DNA of 64,000 nucleotides, from contig JBEKMM010000004.1 of the NCBI GenBank assembly GCA_050008515.1, forward strand, positions 83,343 to 147,342. Reading direction: 5' to 3'. Source of the stretch: Candidatus Limnocylindrales bacterium (GTDB taxonomy: Bacteria > Chloroflexota > Limnocylindria > Limnocylindrales > CSP1-4). Position numbers and translations under genes: made by a program. Under the pieces are notes generated by a model. The model was not told the origin of the DNA, made no database searches, and saw only the letters and a list, made by a program, of their open reading frames with translations. Shown one piece after another: positions 27,335-36,215 of the stretch (positions within the stretch are counted from its first letter, which is position 1; each line of letters begins with the position of its first letter).

Positions 27335-29437
27335 TCAACCCGCCTGTTCGCCGCGTAGTTGCGCCCGCCACGCAGTCAGCTGGCGATAGATGGCCGGCGC
27401 CCCCAGTGGCGGATCTCCGCCAAGCTCGAGGTCCGCGGGGCAGAGGATGAACGGCTCGCTCTGCCAGCCGCCGAGGCCGCCATGCGAACCGACGAGCTCC
27501 TCGAATCCGGTGACCTCCCCGGAAACGCCGTCGACGGCGCCAAGCAGAATCAGGTCGCCGGCCGTCGTGAAACCCTCGAGGTGCCGCAGGTTCTCGGCGG
27601 CCGTGGGACCGTAGTCGGCCAGGGGGTCGCCACCGTCGGGCCCGCCCGCGGTCAGGTCGAGCCGGCCGCGCCGCCCCAGCACCAGCGCATGACCGGCTGC
27701 GGATCTGACCAGGAGCGCTCCGATCCCCGGATGACGGGCCAGCGCCTCGATCAGGCCCGGGTAGAGCGTTTCGATCGCCTCGGCGGCCATCCGGCCGGGC
27801 TGGCTCGTGAAGTAGACGTGGGCCAGGCTCCCGGACGAGGCCACGACGACATCCGGAGGAGCCGCGGTCGCGCCGTGCCCCGTTCCGCCATCGAAGCGTC
27901 TCAGCGCGCTGGGCAGCCGGCGTGCCACCAGCGGCCCCAGGCCGGAGCCTCGGCCGAACTCGGCAGCCATGCGACGGCCGATGCCGGCCGATTCCACCGA
28001 GTCGGTGGTGCCCTCGACGGTCGTCTTGGCCGGCAACAACGCGGCGACTATCGCCTCGAGCGGCTGGCCGTAGCGCTGCTGGAAAGTGGCGCCCAGGCTC
28101 TGGCCGTGGTCTGAGAGCACGATAAGCCGATACGACCGGCTGGCATGTCGAGCGGCCTTCAGCAGCGACCCGATGGCCCGATCGATGCCCTCGAGCGCAT
28201 CTATCGCCTCCTGGCGTTCCGGGCCGCAGTGGTGGGCGATGGCATCGTAGCCGGAGTAGTCCACGTAGATGGTCGGTGCCCCGCAGTACATCTCTTCGAT
28301 GACGAAGGCGGTCGAGACGGTGCGCAGGGCGATGTTGGTCACGGCTCGTTCGACGGCGTAGTGGAGGTCGCGGTGCATCCGCGGCTCGACCGACCGACCG
28401 CGCTGGCTCTCCGCCTGATACAGCTCCTTGGCCACCTCGCCTGCCATCAGCACCAGCAGGCGGAGGTAGTTGACGGAGGTCGCCAGGAAGCCGCGCAGGC
28501 GCCGCCCGTCGTCGGATGGCGCGCCCTCGGCGATGGTGGCCATGGTCAGGTAGCTGCGCGGAGCGTCGCCCGTCACGAGGTTGCCGATGCTGGCCCCGTC
28601 GTCGGCCAGCAAGCCCGCGCCATCGCTAACGCGTCGGACGATCTCGGCCGCATCCTCGGGGTGGTTGGCGACCATCAACCTGGCGCTCGCCTTTTCGTAC
28701 CAGCGAAAGCCCGCGATGCCGTCGTTTCGACCGTGCAGGATGCCCGCCTGGCTGGCTGGCGTCGTGGGTGGCAGCAATGCGATCCAAGAGTGCAGAGTGG
28801 CCTCACCGTCGCGTACCAGCTGGCCGAGCACCGGCACTCGCCCAGCCCGTATCGCATGCTGCAAGACTGGCAGGCTCAGTCCGTCGATCTGCACGATGAG
28901 CAGCCCTGGCTGCGATTCCTGGGCGTGTCCGAAGTTGCGCGCGACCAACCTCCGGACCAGCACGCTGTAGTAGGAATCGTCGTCGCTCACCGCCACGAGC
29001 TCCGCGAGCAGGCTGTTCAGCGTGGTCAGCAGCAAGGCTCCCCAAGCTGCAGTCGCGTCGCCGTCCACGCGGATGCCCGGCACCACTCGCCCGAGGGCCA
29101 ACACGACCAGGAACTGGACCGCCAGGCCCAGGATCTGAGCGACGAAGATCGGCAACCCCACGAGCAGCCCGTGAAGGGCGACGGCGGAGGAGCTGTCGAG
29201 GATCAGAAGGAGGAGACCGGCCAGCAACAGGGCGGCGGGGCCGTCGATCCTCAGCCCAGGGAGCAACTTGGCCGTGATGGCCAGCGCCAGACAGGCCCCG
29301 AGGTAGGACAGGACTGCGCGGCGCACCATCGCCAGCCGGGTCGGTCGCCACTCCCACATAAGGCGGGCCTGGAGCCGGTAGAGCGCGAGCCAGTGCCGGG
29401 CCGCCCGCGCACCCGCGCTGCCGACTTCGGCCCTCAT
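27335..29437 (-). CDS. membrane-anchored alkaline-phosphatase-superfamily (type I phosphodiesterase / nucleotide pyrophosphatase-like) protein
   Basis: N-terminal polytopic membrane region. C-terminal domain carries the LIVLSDHGQS metal-ligand motif and GYDAIAHHCG, typical of the AP/NPP superfamily. Confidence 0.65.
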   Translation of the reverse strand: MRAEVGSAGARAARHWLALYRLQARLMWEWRPTRLAMVRRAVLSYLGACLALAITAKLLPGLRIDGPAALLLAGLLLLILDSSSAVALHGLLVGLPIFVAQILGLAVQFLVVLALGRVVPGIRVDGDATAAWGALLLTTLNSLLAELVAVSDDDSYYSVLVRRLVARNFGHAQESQPGLLIVQIDGLSLPVLQHAIRAGRVPVLGQLVRDGEATLHSWIALLPPTTPASQAGILHGRNDGIAGFRWYEKASARLMVANHPEDAAEIVRRVSDGAGLLADDGASIGNLVTGDAPRSYLTMATIAEGAPSDDGRRLRGFLATSVNYLRLLVLMAGEVAKELYQAESQRGRSVEPRMHRDLHYAVERAVTNIALRTVSTAFVIEEMYCGAPTIYVDYSGYDAIAHHCGPERQEAIDALEGIDRAIGSLLKAARHASRSYRLIVLSDHGQSLGATFQQRYGQPLEAIVAALLPAKTTVEGTTDSVESAGIGRRMAAEFGRGSGLGPLVARRLPSALRRFDGGTGHGATAAPPDVVVASSGSLAHVYFTSQPGRMAAEAIETLYPGLIEALARHPGIGALLVRSAAGHALVLGRRGRLDLTAGGPDGGDPLADYGPTAAENLRHLEGFTTAGDLILLGAVDGVSGEVTGFEELVGSHGGLGGWQSEPFILCPADLELGGDPPLGAPAIYRQLTAWRAQLRGEQAG

Positions 29438-30204
29438 CGCCCGACTCCCGCGGCCAGGGCCATCGACTCGCCCGGCTGCAGGACGCGTACGTCAACGTCG
29501 GGGGCGCGCGCCGCAACGGCGTCACGGAAGGCCTCGCCCGGCCCCTCGAACCGGCGGCCCGCGACGCGACGCAGGCCGAGCGGGTAAAGCGTGCCCCAGT
29601 GGATGGGCGTGGCGATCGTGGGGGAGATTCGAACCGCCGCCTCGGCGGCTTGCCGCGGGTCCAGATGGCCGCGCCCGAGCGTGGGGCCCCAGCCGCTCAC
29701 CGGCAGGAGTGCCACGTCGACGCGCCCGGCCAGCTCCCGCATTTCGGGGAAGAGGCCCGTGTCGCCGGCAAAGTAGACGCATGTCGACCCGGCGATGAGG
29801 ATGCCCAGGGAGCTTTCGGCGGAGGTGAAGAGCGAGCGGCGGCGGTCGTGTTCGGCATAGACGGCCTCCAGCGTGAGATCACCGACCTGCAGTCGGTCGC
29901 CGGCGCGCATCTCGTGAACGACACCTGGTGCGGCCTGTGCGACGACGCGCCCGAGGCCGACCGGGACTATCAGCGCCGGCTCGCCCGGGAGAGCTCGCAG
30001 GGACGCGAGATCCAGATGGTCCAGGTGACCGTGGCTGATGAAGACCGCCGAAAGGCCCGCGAGCGTTTCAGGGGGCACGGCCGGCACCTGGCGTCTGAGG
30101 ACACCTGCCGCCAGGTGGCCCAGCAACGGGTCCGTGAGCACCCGCACGCCATCGAGGTCGACGAGGACGGTCGAATGGCCGAGGAATGTCAGCCGATCGC
30201 CCAC
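29434..30204 (-). CDS. MBL-fold metallo-hydrolase
   Basis: ISHGHLDHLD (HxHxDH) motif and downstream His/Asp ligands. Confidence 0.8.
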   Translation of the reverse strand: MGDRLTFLGHSTVLVDLDGVRVLTDPLLGHLAAGVLRRQVPAVPPETLAGLSAVFISHGHLDHLDLASLRALPGEPALIVPVGLGRVVAQAAPGVVHEMRAGDRLQVGDLTLEAVYAEHDRRRSLFTSAESSLGILIAGSTCVYFAGDTGLFPEMRELAGRVDVALLPVSGWGPTLGRGHLDPRQAAEAAVRISPTIATPIHWGTLYPLGLRRVAGRRFEGPGEAFRDAVAARAPDVDVRVLQPGESMALAAGVGR

Positions 30205-30357
30205 CTAGCATCCTCCGACACCGCGCGCCACTGCGCCGTATCGACGATTGTGACCGATCCCGGCCCGCAGGCCTGGCGGGCCTTGCCCGCCGATCGCGCT
30301 GGCGACCAGCGGCAGCCTGCCAGCAGGACGGCGCTCCATGCGGAGCCGGTCGGCCCC

Positions 30358-30834
30358 CTACTTCTCTGGCGTGACGACGACGAAGACAAGAGTCGCTGCC
30401 GCGGCCTGAAGTGCCTCCGGCGTCGGTAGCTCGCCCTTGTGCATCTTCGGCAGGCCGGCCCGCTTCGCCGCCCCGTGGTGAGTGGCGAAGTAGTCGGCGG
30501 CGATGCGCTGGCCGCGGCCCGTGGTACCTGGAACGACGACCGCCGAGCCCGGGATGCGGCGGCCCTTGCGGACGATCTCGATCGGCCAGGGCGAGGTGAA
30601 GTTGCGCCACCAGCTCTTCTGCTCGGGGCGGCCGACGCGGATCAGATAGCCGCCCTCGAAAGGCTCGCAGTTGACGGGAAGCTGGCGAGGCAGCCCCGAA
30701 ACGCGGCCGGTGTAGCGGACCAGCACCACGCGCCCGGAGAGCACCCCGAACGGCGAGGCGAGCCATCGAGCCATGAAGCGGTTGAATCGAGACTGCTGAA
30801 CGACCGTGCCGGCGACCGGCGTCTTCGTCTCCAT
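30358..30834 (-). CDS. deazaflavin (F420)-dependent nitroreductase-family oxidoreductase (Ddn/DUF385-like)
   Basis: VVLVRYTGRVSGLPRQLPV...GGYLIRVGRPEQKSWWRNF resembles the split-barrel Ddn family found in Actinobacteria and Chloroflexi. Confidence 0.55.
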   Translation of the reverse strand: METKTPVAGTVVQQSRFNRFMARWLASPFGVLSGRVVLVRYTGRVSGLPRQLPVNCEPFEGGYLIRVGRPEQKSWWRNFTSPWPIEIVRKGRRIPGSAVVVPGTTGRGQRIAADYFATHHGAAKRAGLPKMHKGELPTPEALQAAAATLVFVVVTPEK

Positions 30835-30844
30835 TTGGCCCTCC

Positions 30845-31672
30845 TCAGGACTGGCTCGAACTCGAGGCCGTCTTGGCCGCCCGAAGCCTGGCCTCGAAAC
30901 CGGCGATCAAGCAGTCGACGCCAAACTCAAAGCGCTCATTCAGGCTGGCCGAGAAGATGCGCGGGGCAGCAGCATGGAGATTGGGGAAGCGGTCGGCCGG
31001 CAAGGACTCGATGTACTGGCGGAGCACCTGCCCGTAAGAGCGCATGTCCATGCCCGGATGACCCGCGCGACCGGGGCTGGCCGTCTCGAAGGTGCAGAAG
31101 CCGGTGACGAAGTTGGAGATGGTGAAGTAGGCGTCGGCCGCATCGTTGTCGTCGAATCCCGCGGCCCGGAAGACAGCGAGGGATTCCTCCAGCATCCTCA
31201 AGCCGTTGGGTCCAAATGAACCCCGGTTCACCAGGACCTGCACGGCGTTGGCGTGGCGCAGCAGGGCGGCCCGAACGGCGATGGCGCCCTGCCGGGCCGA
31301 GACCCGCCAGTCCTGCTCCGACGGCGGGAAGGAGACGCCGGCAAGCAGGCGATCCGAGACCAGGTCGAGCACCTCGTCTTTGTTCTTGACGTACCAGTAG
31401 AGCGTCATCGTCCCGACGCCGAGCTCCTGGGCCAGCGCCCGGACGGTCAGCCCGTCGAGCCCCGCGGCGTCGATCACGTGCAGGGCCGCGTCCGCGACGC
31501 TCTCAGGCGTGACGGGCTCATGAGACGGCAAGCCCGGCTGCTTGCCGTGGCGCGCGGCGCGCTCCTCCGCCCGCTGCTGCCTCCGCTGCCGGCGCTCTTC
31601 GTCTCGGGCGGCGTGGCGGCTCTCCCGGCTGTTCCACCACGGCGGAGTTGGAAGGGTATTGGGATCGCTCAT
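30845..31672 (-). CDS. TetR/AcrR-family transcriptional regulator
   Basis: HTH LTVRALAQELGVGTMTLYWYVKNKDEVL after an Arg-rich N-terminal tail. Start taken at MSDPNTLP (about 31670); the track ORF extends to 31777. Confidence 0.8.
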   Translation of the reverse strand: MSDPNTLPTPPWWNSRESRHAARDEERRQRRQQRAEERAARHGKQPGLPSHEPVTPESVADAALHVIDAAGLDGLTVRALAQELGVGTMTLYWYVKNKDEVLDLVSDRLLAGVSFPPSEQDWRVSARQGAIAVRAALLRHANAVQVLVNRGSFGPNGLRMLEESLAVFRAAGFDDNDAADAYFTISNFVTGFCTFETASPGRAGHPGMDMRSYGQVLRQYIESLPADRFPNLHAAAPRIFSASLNERFEFGVDCLIAGFEARLRAAKTASSSSQS

Positions 31673-31689
31673 TCGGTTCTTCCTCCGGT

Positions 31690-31827
31690 GCCCGATAGGG
31701 GCTTGACACTCGTGCATTGTACTAGTAACTTGTGCGAGGTCAATAGTACGCTGTACCAGCCACGCCACGTACAGCATACCAGCAAAACATCGTCCACCGT
31801 ACGAGCAAGCTCAGGAGCGCAGCACCA
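31690..31827. promoter_or_regulatory. divergent promoter region with near-palindromic TetR operator candidates
   Basis: AT-richer spacer containing TTGACA and the palindromic cores tgTACTAGTAa and tagtacgctgtac, between divergently transcribed TetR and MFS genes. Confidence 0.35.
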
Positions 31828-33405
31828 ATGCCGGACCCGACCATCCACCGCCGCCGCTGGTGGATCCTCGCCGTCCTCATCGTCAGCCTCTTCACCGTCA
31901 ACCTGGACAACACGATCCTCAACGTCGCGCTGCCCACGCTCGCTCGCGACCTGCATGCTGGCACGAGCCAGCTGCAGTGGATGGTCGACGCCTACGTGCT
32001 CCTGTTCGCCGGGCTGCTGCTCGCGTCCGGCGCGCTCGGCGACCGGTTCGGACGACGGCGGGTGATGCTCGTCGGCCTGGCGATCTTCGGAACGGGGTCG
32101 CTCGCGAGCGCCTTCGCTCCGTCGGCCGAAGCCCTGATCCTCCTCCGCGCCGCGATGGGCGTGGGCGGGGCGCTGATCGTGCCCTCCACCCTCTCGGTCA
32201 CGGCCAACGTCTTCACGATGGAGGAGCGGCCCAAGGCGATCGGCATCTGGACCGGCGTCAGCGGCCTGGGCATCGTCGCCGGGCCCGTGCTCGCCGGCTG
32301 GCTGCTCGAGCACTTCGCCTGGGGCTCCATCTTCCTCATCAACGTGCCCGTCGTCCTGATCTCGGTCGTCGGCACGCTGGCCATCGTGCCCGAGGGTCGC
32401 TCTCCGGGAGCCGCGAAGCTGGACGTTCCGGGAACGGCGCTCTCGATTGGCGGCCTGATCGCGCTCGTCTACGGCGTCATCGAGGCGCCGGCCAACGGCT
32501 GGACGTCTCCGTTCGAGCTGGTCACGTTCGCGGTCGCGGCGCTGCTGCTGGTTGGCTTCGTGATCCGTGAGCTGAGCACGACCGAGCCGCTCCTGGACGT
32601 TCGACTCCTCGCCCAGCCGACCTTCGGCGCGGCGGTGCTCGCCGTGATGCTCACCAGCTTCGGCCTCTTCGGCTCGATGTTCTTCTTCAGCCAATACCTG
32701 CAGGGAGTGCTGGGGTTCGGGACCATGGAGACCGGCTACTCGATCCTGCCCCTGGCGATCGCCATGGCCATCTTTAGCCCCTCCGGCATGGTAGTGGCGA
32801 AGCGGCTCGGGACGCGATCGACGGTGGCAGCCGGAATGGCCACGGTTTCGATCGGCCTGCTGGTCCTGCGCCTGGCCGGGACGCACGACGGCTACCCGTT
32901 CGTGGCGGTAACGCTCTTCCTGGTTGGCGGCGGCATGGGCTTCGCCCTGAGCCCGCTCACGGTGATCATGATCCGGGCCCTGCCACGCTCCAAGCAGGGC
33001 GTCGCCTCGGCGATCAACAGCACCGCTCGCGAGTTGGGCGGGGCGCTGGGCGTGGCCATCCTGGGCAGTCTTTCCGCCCCGGTCTACGCGGCGGGCGTTC
33101 GCCCCGCCACGGCGCTGCTCCCCGGCGACGCGGGCAAGGCCGTCCACGACTCTCTGGCGGGGGCCGAGGTCGTGGCGAGCTACCTGCCCGCGGCCCAGGG
33201 TGAGGCGTTGCTCGCGATGGCGCGCTCCGCATTCGTGGACGGGATGGGCGTGGCCGTGACGGTGGGAGCGGTCGTCGCTCTCGTCGGAGCGGTGGTGGCG
33301 TTCGCGTTCCTGCCCGGCCGCGGCACCGTTCAGACGGCGGCTTCCGAGCCGGCCGTCGGCAGGGCAGCGCCGGCGATGACCTCGGGCCTCTCCGAAGCAG
33401 CCTGA
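31828..33405 (+). CDS. MFS drug:H+ antiporter (DHA2/EmrB-like, 14 TMS)
   Basis: LFTVNLDNTILNVALPTL and DRFGRRRVMLVGLAIFGTGSLASAF motifs; 14 predicted TM helices. Divergent from the TetR gene. Confidence 0.9.
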   Translation: MPDPTIHRRRWWILAVLIVSLFTVNLDNTILNVALPTLARDLHAGTSQLQWMVDAYVLLFAGLLLASGALGDRFGRRRVMLVGLAIFGTGSLASAFAPSAEALILLRAAMGVGGALIVPSTLSVTANVFTMEERPKAIGIWTGVSGLGIVAGPVLAGWLLEHFAWGSIFLINVPVVLISVVGTLAIVPEGRSPGAAKLDVPGTALSIGGLIALVYGVIEAPANGWTSPFELVTFAVAALLLVGFVIRELSTTEPLLDVRLLAQPTFGAAVLAVMLTSFGLFGSMFFFSQYLQGVLGFGTMETGYSILPLAIAMAIFSPSGMVVAKRLGTRSTVAAGMATVSIGLLVLRLAGTHDGYPFVAVTLFLVGGGMGFALSPLTVIMIRALPRSKQGVASAINSTARELGGALGVAILGSLSAPVYAAGVRPATALLPGDAGKAVHDSLAGAEVVASYLPAAQGEALLAMARSAFVDGMGVAVTVGAVVALVGAVVAFAFLPGRGTVQTAASEPAVGRAAPAMTSGLSEAA

Positions 33406-33527
33406 GGCCGGTCGGCCCGCGCGCCGGGACGCCGCGGGCCGCCCCAAACGCAGGTCGCCATCGGCCCCTCCACTGCCCTAGAGTGGGGGGGCCGCTCCGT
33501 CTGCCGAGCGGCCATCAGGAGGAAGCA

Positions 33528-34235
33528 ATGCATACGGACTACATCCCGAAGTTGCTGCCGACAGCGGTTGACGAAGGCCAGGCCCAGGGCGTCCAGTTCC
33601 GAACGGACGGCGAACTGGTTCCGATGCTGACGATGGAGCTCGACGGCTCGATGCCGGTCTTCTTCGAGCACCACATCCTGCTCTGGAAGACGCCGAGCCT
33701 CGAGATCGGGATGGACCCGATGAAGGGCGCGTTCAAGCGGGCGGTCGCCGGCATGCCGATCTTCATGACCGAGGCAAAGGGCGCCGGCCAGATCGCGTTC
33801 AGCCGAGACGGAGTCGGTCATGTCTTCCACTTGAACCTGGCCCAGGGCCAGACGATCGAAGTGCGCGAGCACCAGTTCCTGGCCGCGACGGCCAACACGG
33901 AGTACAGCTTCCGCCGATTGCGCGGCGTCGGGAACATGCTCTTCGGCGGCACCGGCATCTTCATCGACACCTTCGCCGGCGGCCCGGGCGGCGGCACGAT
34001 CTGGCTCCATGGCTACGGCAACGTCTTCGAGAGGGTGCTGGGGCCGGGCGAGGTGTTCGACGTCGAGCCGGGCGGCTGGGTCTACAAGGATCCGACCGTG
34101 AACATGGAGATCAAGATGGTCGGCCTGCGGATGGGCATCCTGGGCGGCTCGGGCAACCTGATCTTCAACCGCTTCACCGGCCCCGGCCGCATCGGCATCC
34201 AGACCATGTACCTCCACATGCCGACGGAGGACTGA
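33528..34235 (+). CDS. AIM24-family protein (TIGR00266/DUF124)
   Basis: AGGAGG RBS plus ATG 33528. Segments GTGIFIDTFAGGPGGGTIWLHGYGNVFERVLGPGEVFDVEPG are typical of the AIM24 family. Confidence 0.65.
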   Translation: MHTDYIPKLLPTAVDEGQAQGVQFRTDGELVPMLTMELDGSMPVFFEHHILLWKTPSLEIGMDPMKGAFKRAVAGMPIFMTEAKGAGQIAFSRDGVGHVFHLNLAQGQTIEVREHQFLAATANTEYSFRRLRGVGNMLFGGTGIFIDTFAGGPGGGTIWLHGYGNVFERVLGPGEVFDVEPGGWVYKDPTVNMEIKMVGLRMGILGGSGNLIFNRFTGPGRIGIQTMYLHMPTED

Positions 34236-34243
34236 GCCGCGCC

Positions 34244-34290
34244 ACGCAGCGGCTGAGAATCGAAACGGCCGATGGGTCGAGCCGACCCGA
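34244..34290 (-). terminator. terminator-like hairpin plus U-rich tail (minus strand), downstream of the small membrane gene
   Basis: Minus-strand hairpin gggtcggctcgaccc followed by cggccgtttcgattctcag. The same 17-mer tail recurs at 34776-34794. Confidence 0.35.
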
Positions 34291-34328
34291 TTGGGCCTCC
34301 TGCTGCCCGTCTCGGAGGTGGTCGCGCG

Positions 34329-34688
34329 TCAGTTGGTCGTCTGGCTCGTGCGCCGCAATCCGACGAGGGTCAGCGACGCGCCGACCGCAACCAGAAGCAG
34401 GGCAACCGCGAGGTAGGGCGTCGCGTCCGGCGAAGAACACGACTGGACGATGCCGTCTGCGGCAGAGTTGAACGCGGCGCACCGAACATCCGCCAGGGCG
34501 AATAGACCTACAACACCTACGCCCACCCCGACGAGAAGACCAGCAAGACCGACCGGCCGCATCGGCTCGCGCGCAGCCCACACTATGCCAGGCACGACCA
34601 CGAGAAGCGCGAGAACTCCGACGACGAGCGTCGAACCGCCGGCGATAACGCCGAGCAGCATCCCCAGGACCCAGTGCGTGAGGCGCAT
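34329..34688 (-). CDS. hypothetical membrane protein
   Basis: GGAGGGG RBS 6 nt before ATG (MRLTHWVLGML). Four hydrophobic helices. Confidence 0.5.
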   Translation of the reverse strand: MRLTHWVLGMLLGVIAGGSTLVVGVLALLVVVPGIVWAAREPMRPVGLAGLLVGVGVGVVGLFALADVRCAAFNSAADGIVQSCSSPDATPYLAVALLLVAVGASLTLVGLRRTSQTTN

Positions 34689-34769
34689 CTCAGACCCCTC
34701 CAAATGGCCCCAACTCACTCTCGATCAGCGACCTAGCAGCGTCAAGTGCGCGGAACCGGGAGTTCATAC

Positions 34770-34816
34770 ACAGGCTCTCAGAATCGAAACGGCCGCCGGG
34801 TTTCCCGGCGGCCGTT
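34770..34816 (-). terminator. strong hairpin (13-bp perfect stem aacggccgccggg/cccggcggccgtt) with a U-containing tail on the minus strand
   Basis: Perfect inverted repeat at 34788-34816 followed on the minus strand by gtttcgattctgag. Lies downstream of the yceI-like locus. Confidence 0.45.
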
Positions 34817-34860
34817 CTCTCTGGCGAGGGATCAGGCGGCGCTGGCCGCCCTGACCCTGG

Positions 34861-35325
34861 TGGCCGCGGCCTCGGCCTGAAGGACGGCCGGGGCGATCGA
34901 GATCTTGATGTCGTCGCCGACGAGGAAGGCGGCGCGACGCCCGCCCTGGAGATTCGGCACGACGCCGCCGATCTCGGCGTCCAGCGTCACGGGTCACGTC
35001 TCGCCGCGGATCGTCAGATCGCCCTGGATCCTGTAGCCGTCGCCACTCCTCTCGATGTGCGTGCTGCGGAACACGAGCTCCGGATACGAGCCTGCGTCGA
35101 AGCAGTCCGCACTCTTGAGGTGCGCATCGCGAGCCTCCATGCCCGTATCGATGGTCGATGCGTCAATATGCGCCTCGACCGTCGAGCGCTCCGGGTCGGC
35201 CTCGTCGAAGTCCACCGCCGCGGTGAACTTGCGGAACTGGCCGTGGCCGTCGTGACCATCATGTGCCCGACGGCGAACTCGATCTGCGAATGGGCTGGGT
35301 TCAGGTCCCAGGTGCTCATCTTCAA
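34861..35325 (-). pseudogene. YceI-family protein gene disrupted by a frameshift and an in-frame TGA
   Basis: Track ORF 35014..35325 gives a YceI N-terminus (STWDLNPAHSQIEFAVGHMMV). The rest of the domain (GQFRKFTAAVDFDEADPERSTVEAHIDASTIDTGMEARDAHLKSADCFDAGSYPELVFRS...DLTIRGET) is in another frame (ORF 34994..35416). After GET comes TGA, then homologous PVTLDAEIGG... continues to about 34861. Confidence 0.55.
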
Positions 35326-35440
35326 CTCCTAGCGTTTCGGTGCTCTCGTGGACCCGACCCGGATCGTTCACTAAGCACCTAAGTGCTATAGTTGTTGAGC
35401 ACGCAAGGATCTGCAAGTGGGCAATACGAAGGAGCTATTC

Positions 35441-36007
35441 ATGGAGCAGCGCGTCGACGACGCGGAGAGCGTGGGCCGGCCGCAGGCCTCGAGCATCGCG
35501 GGTGTCCAGGGCGTCGCGGGTGGTGCGGGCGTCGCGGGTGCCGCGGGCGACCCCGAGGCTTTGCTCGCCGCCGCCCTCGATCCGGTCGAGTTGCGAGCCT
35601 GGAAGGCGTTTCTACTCCGTCACGCTCGCGTCGCTCGCCGCCTCGAGGCGGACCTGATGGCTCGCAGCGACCTTCCGCTGGCCGAGTACGACGTGCTGGT
35701 CCAGCTCGCCCTCGCCGACGGCCGGCGTCTGCGCATGAACGAGCTGGCGGATCGAGTGCTGCTCAGTCGGGCCGGCATCACGCGGCTCGTCGACCGGCTC
35801 ACCGCCGACGCCCTGGTCAGCCGCGTCAAGTGCGCCTCGGACGCGCGCGGCTACTTCGCCGTGCTCACGGCCGGAGGCCTGGCCCGACTCGAAGCGGCGA
35901 CGCCCGGTCACCTGGCCGCGGTGCGACGCTACTTCCTCGAGTCGTTCACTGAGTCCGAGCTCGAGACGCTGGCCGAGCTGCTGGAGCGCAGTCGGCCCCT
36001 CGACTGA
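35441..36007 (+). CDS. MarR-family transcriptional regulator
   Basis: AAGGAG RBS plus ATG 35441. Winged-helix region LAEYDVLVQLALADGRRLRMNELADRVLLSRAGITRLVDRL. Confidence 0.8.
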   Translation: MEQRVDDAESVGRPQASSIAGVQGVAGGAGVAGAAGDPEALLAAALDPVELRAWKAFLLRHARVARRLEADLMARSDLPLAEYDVLVQLALADGRRLRMNELADRVLLSRAGITRLVDRLTADALVSRVKCASDARGYFAVLTAGGLARLEAATPGHLAAVRRYFLESFTESELETLAELLERSRPLD

Positions 36008-36011
36008 CACC

Positions 36012-36189
36012 GAGCCCGGACCCGCCGGTCACGCGCCGCAGATCGTCGGTCCGACGAGCGCAGGCCAAGGCGACGACGAACATCGCAGCGAGCGCACCCG
36101 TAGGTGCGTGAGCGAGAAGCACAGGAGCCAACGCAGGAATGAGCCGGCTGACCGAGCGAATGCAAGCGGCGATCGGCGGATCCGGGCTC
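36012..36189 (+). repeat. intergenic structured repeat element, copy B
   Basis: Homologous to 1902..2079 and 61857..62010. Terminal stem gagcccggacccgccgg/ccggcggatccgggctc. Internal hairpin cgcacc-cgta-ggtgcg. Confidence 0.7.
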
Positions 36190-36215
36190 TAGCGTCGAGG
36201 CGGTATCGTTCGGCC

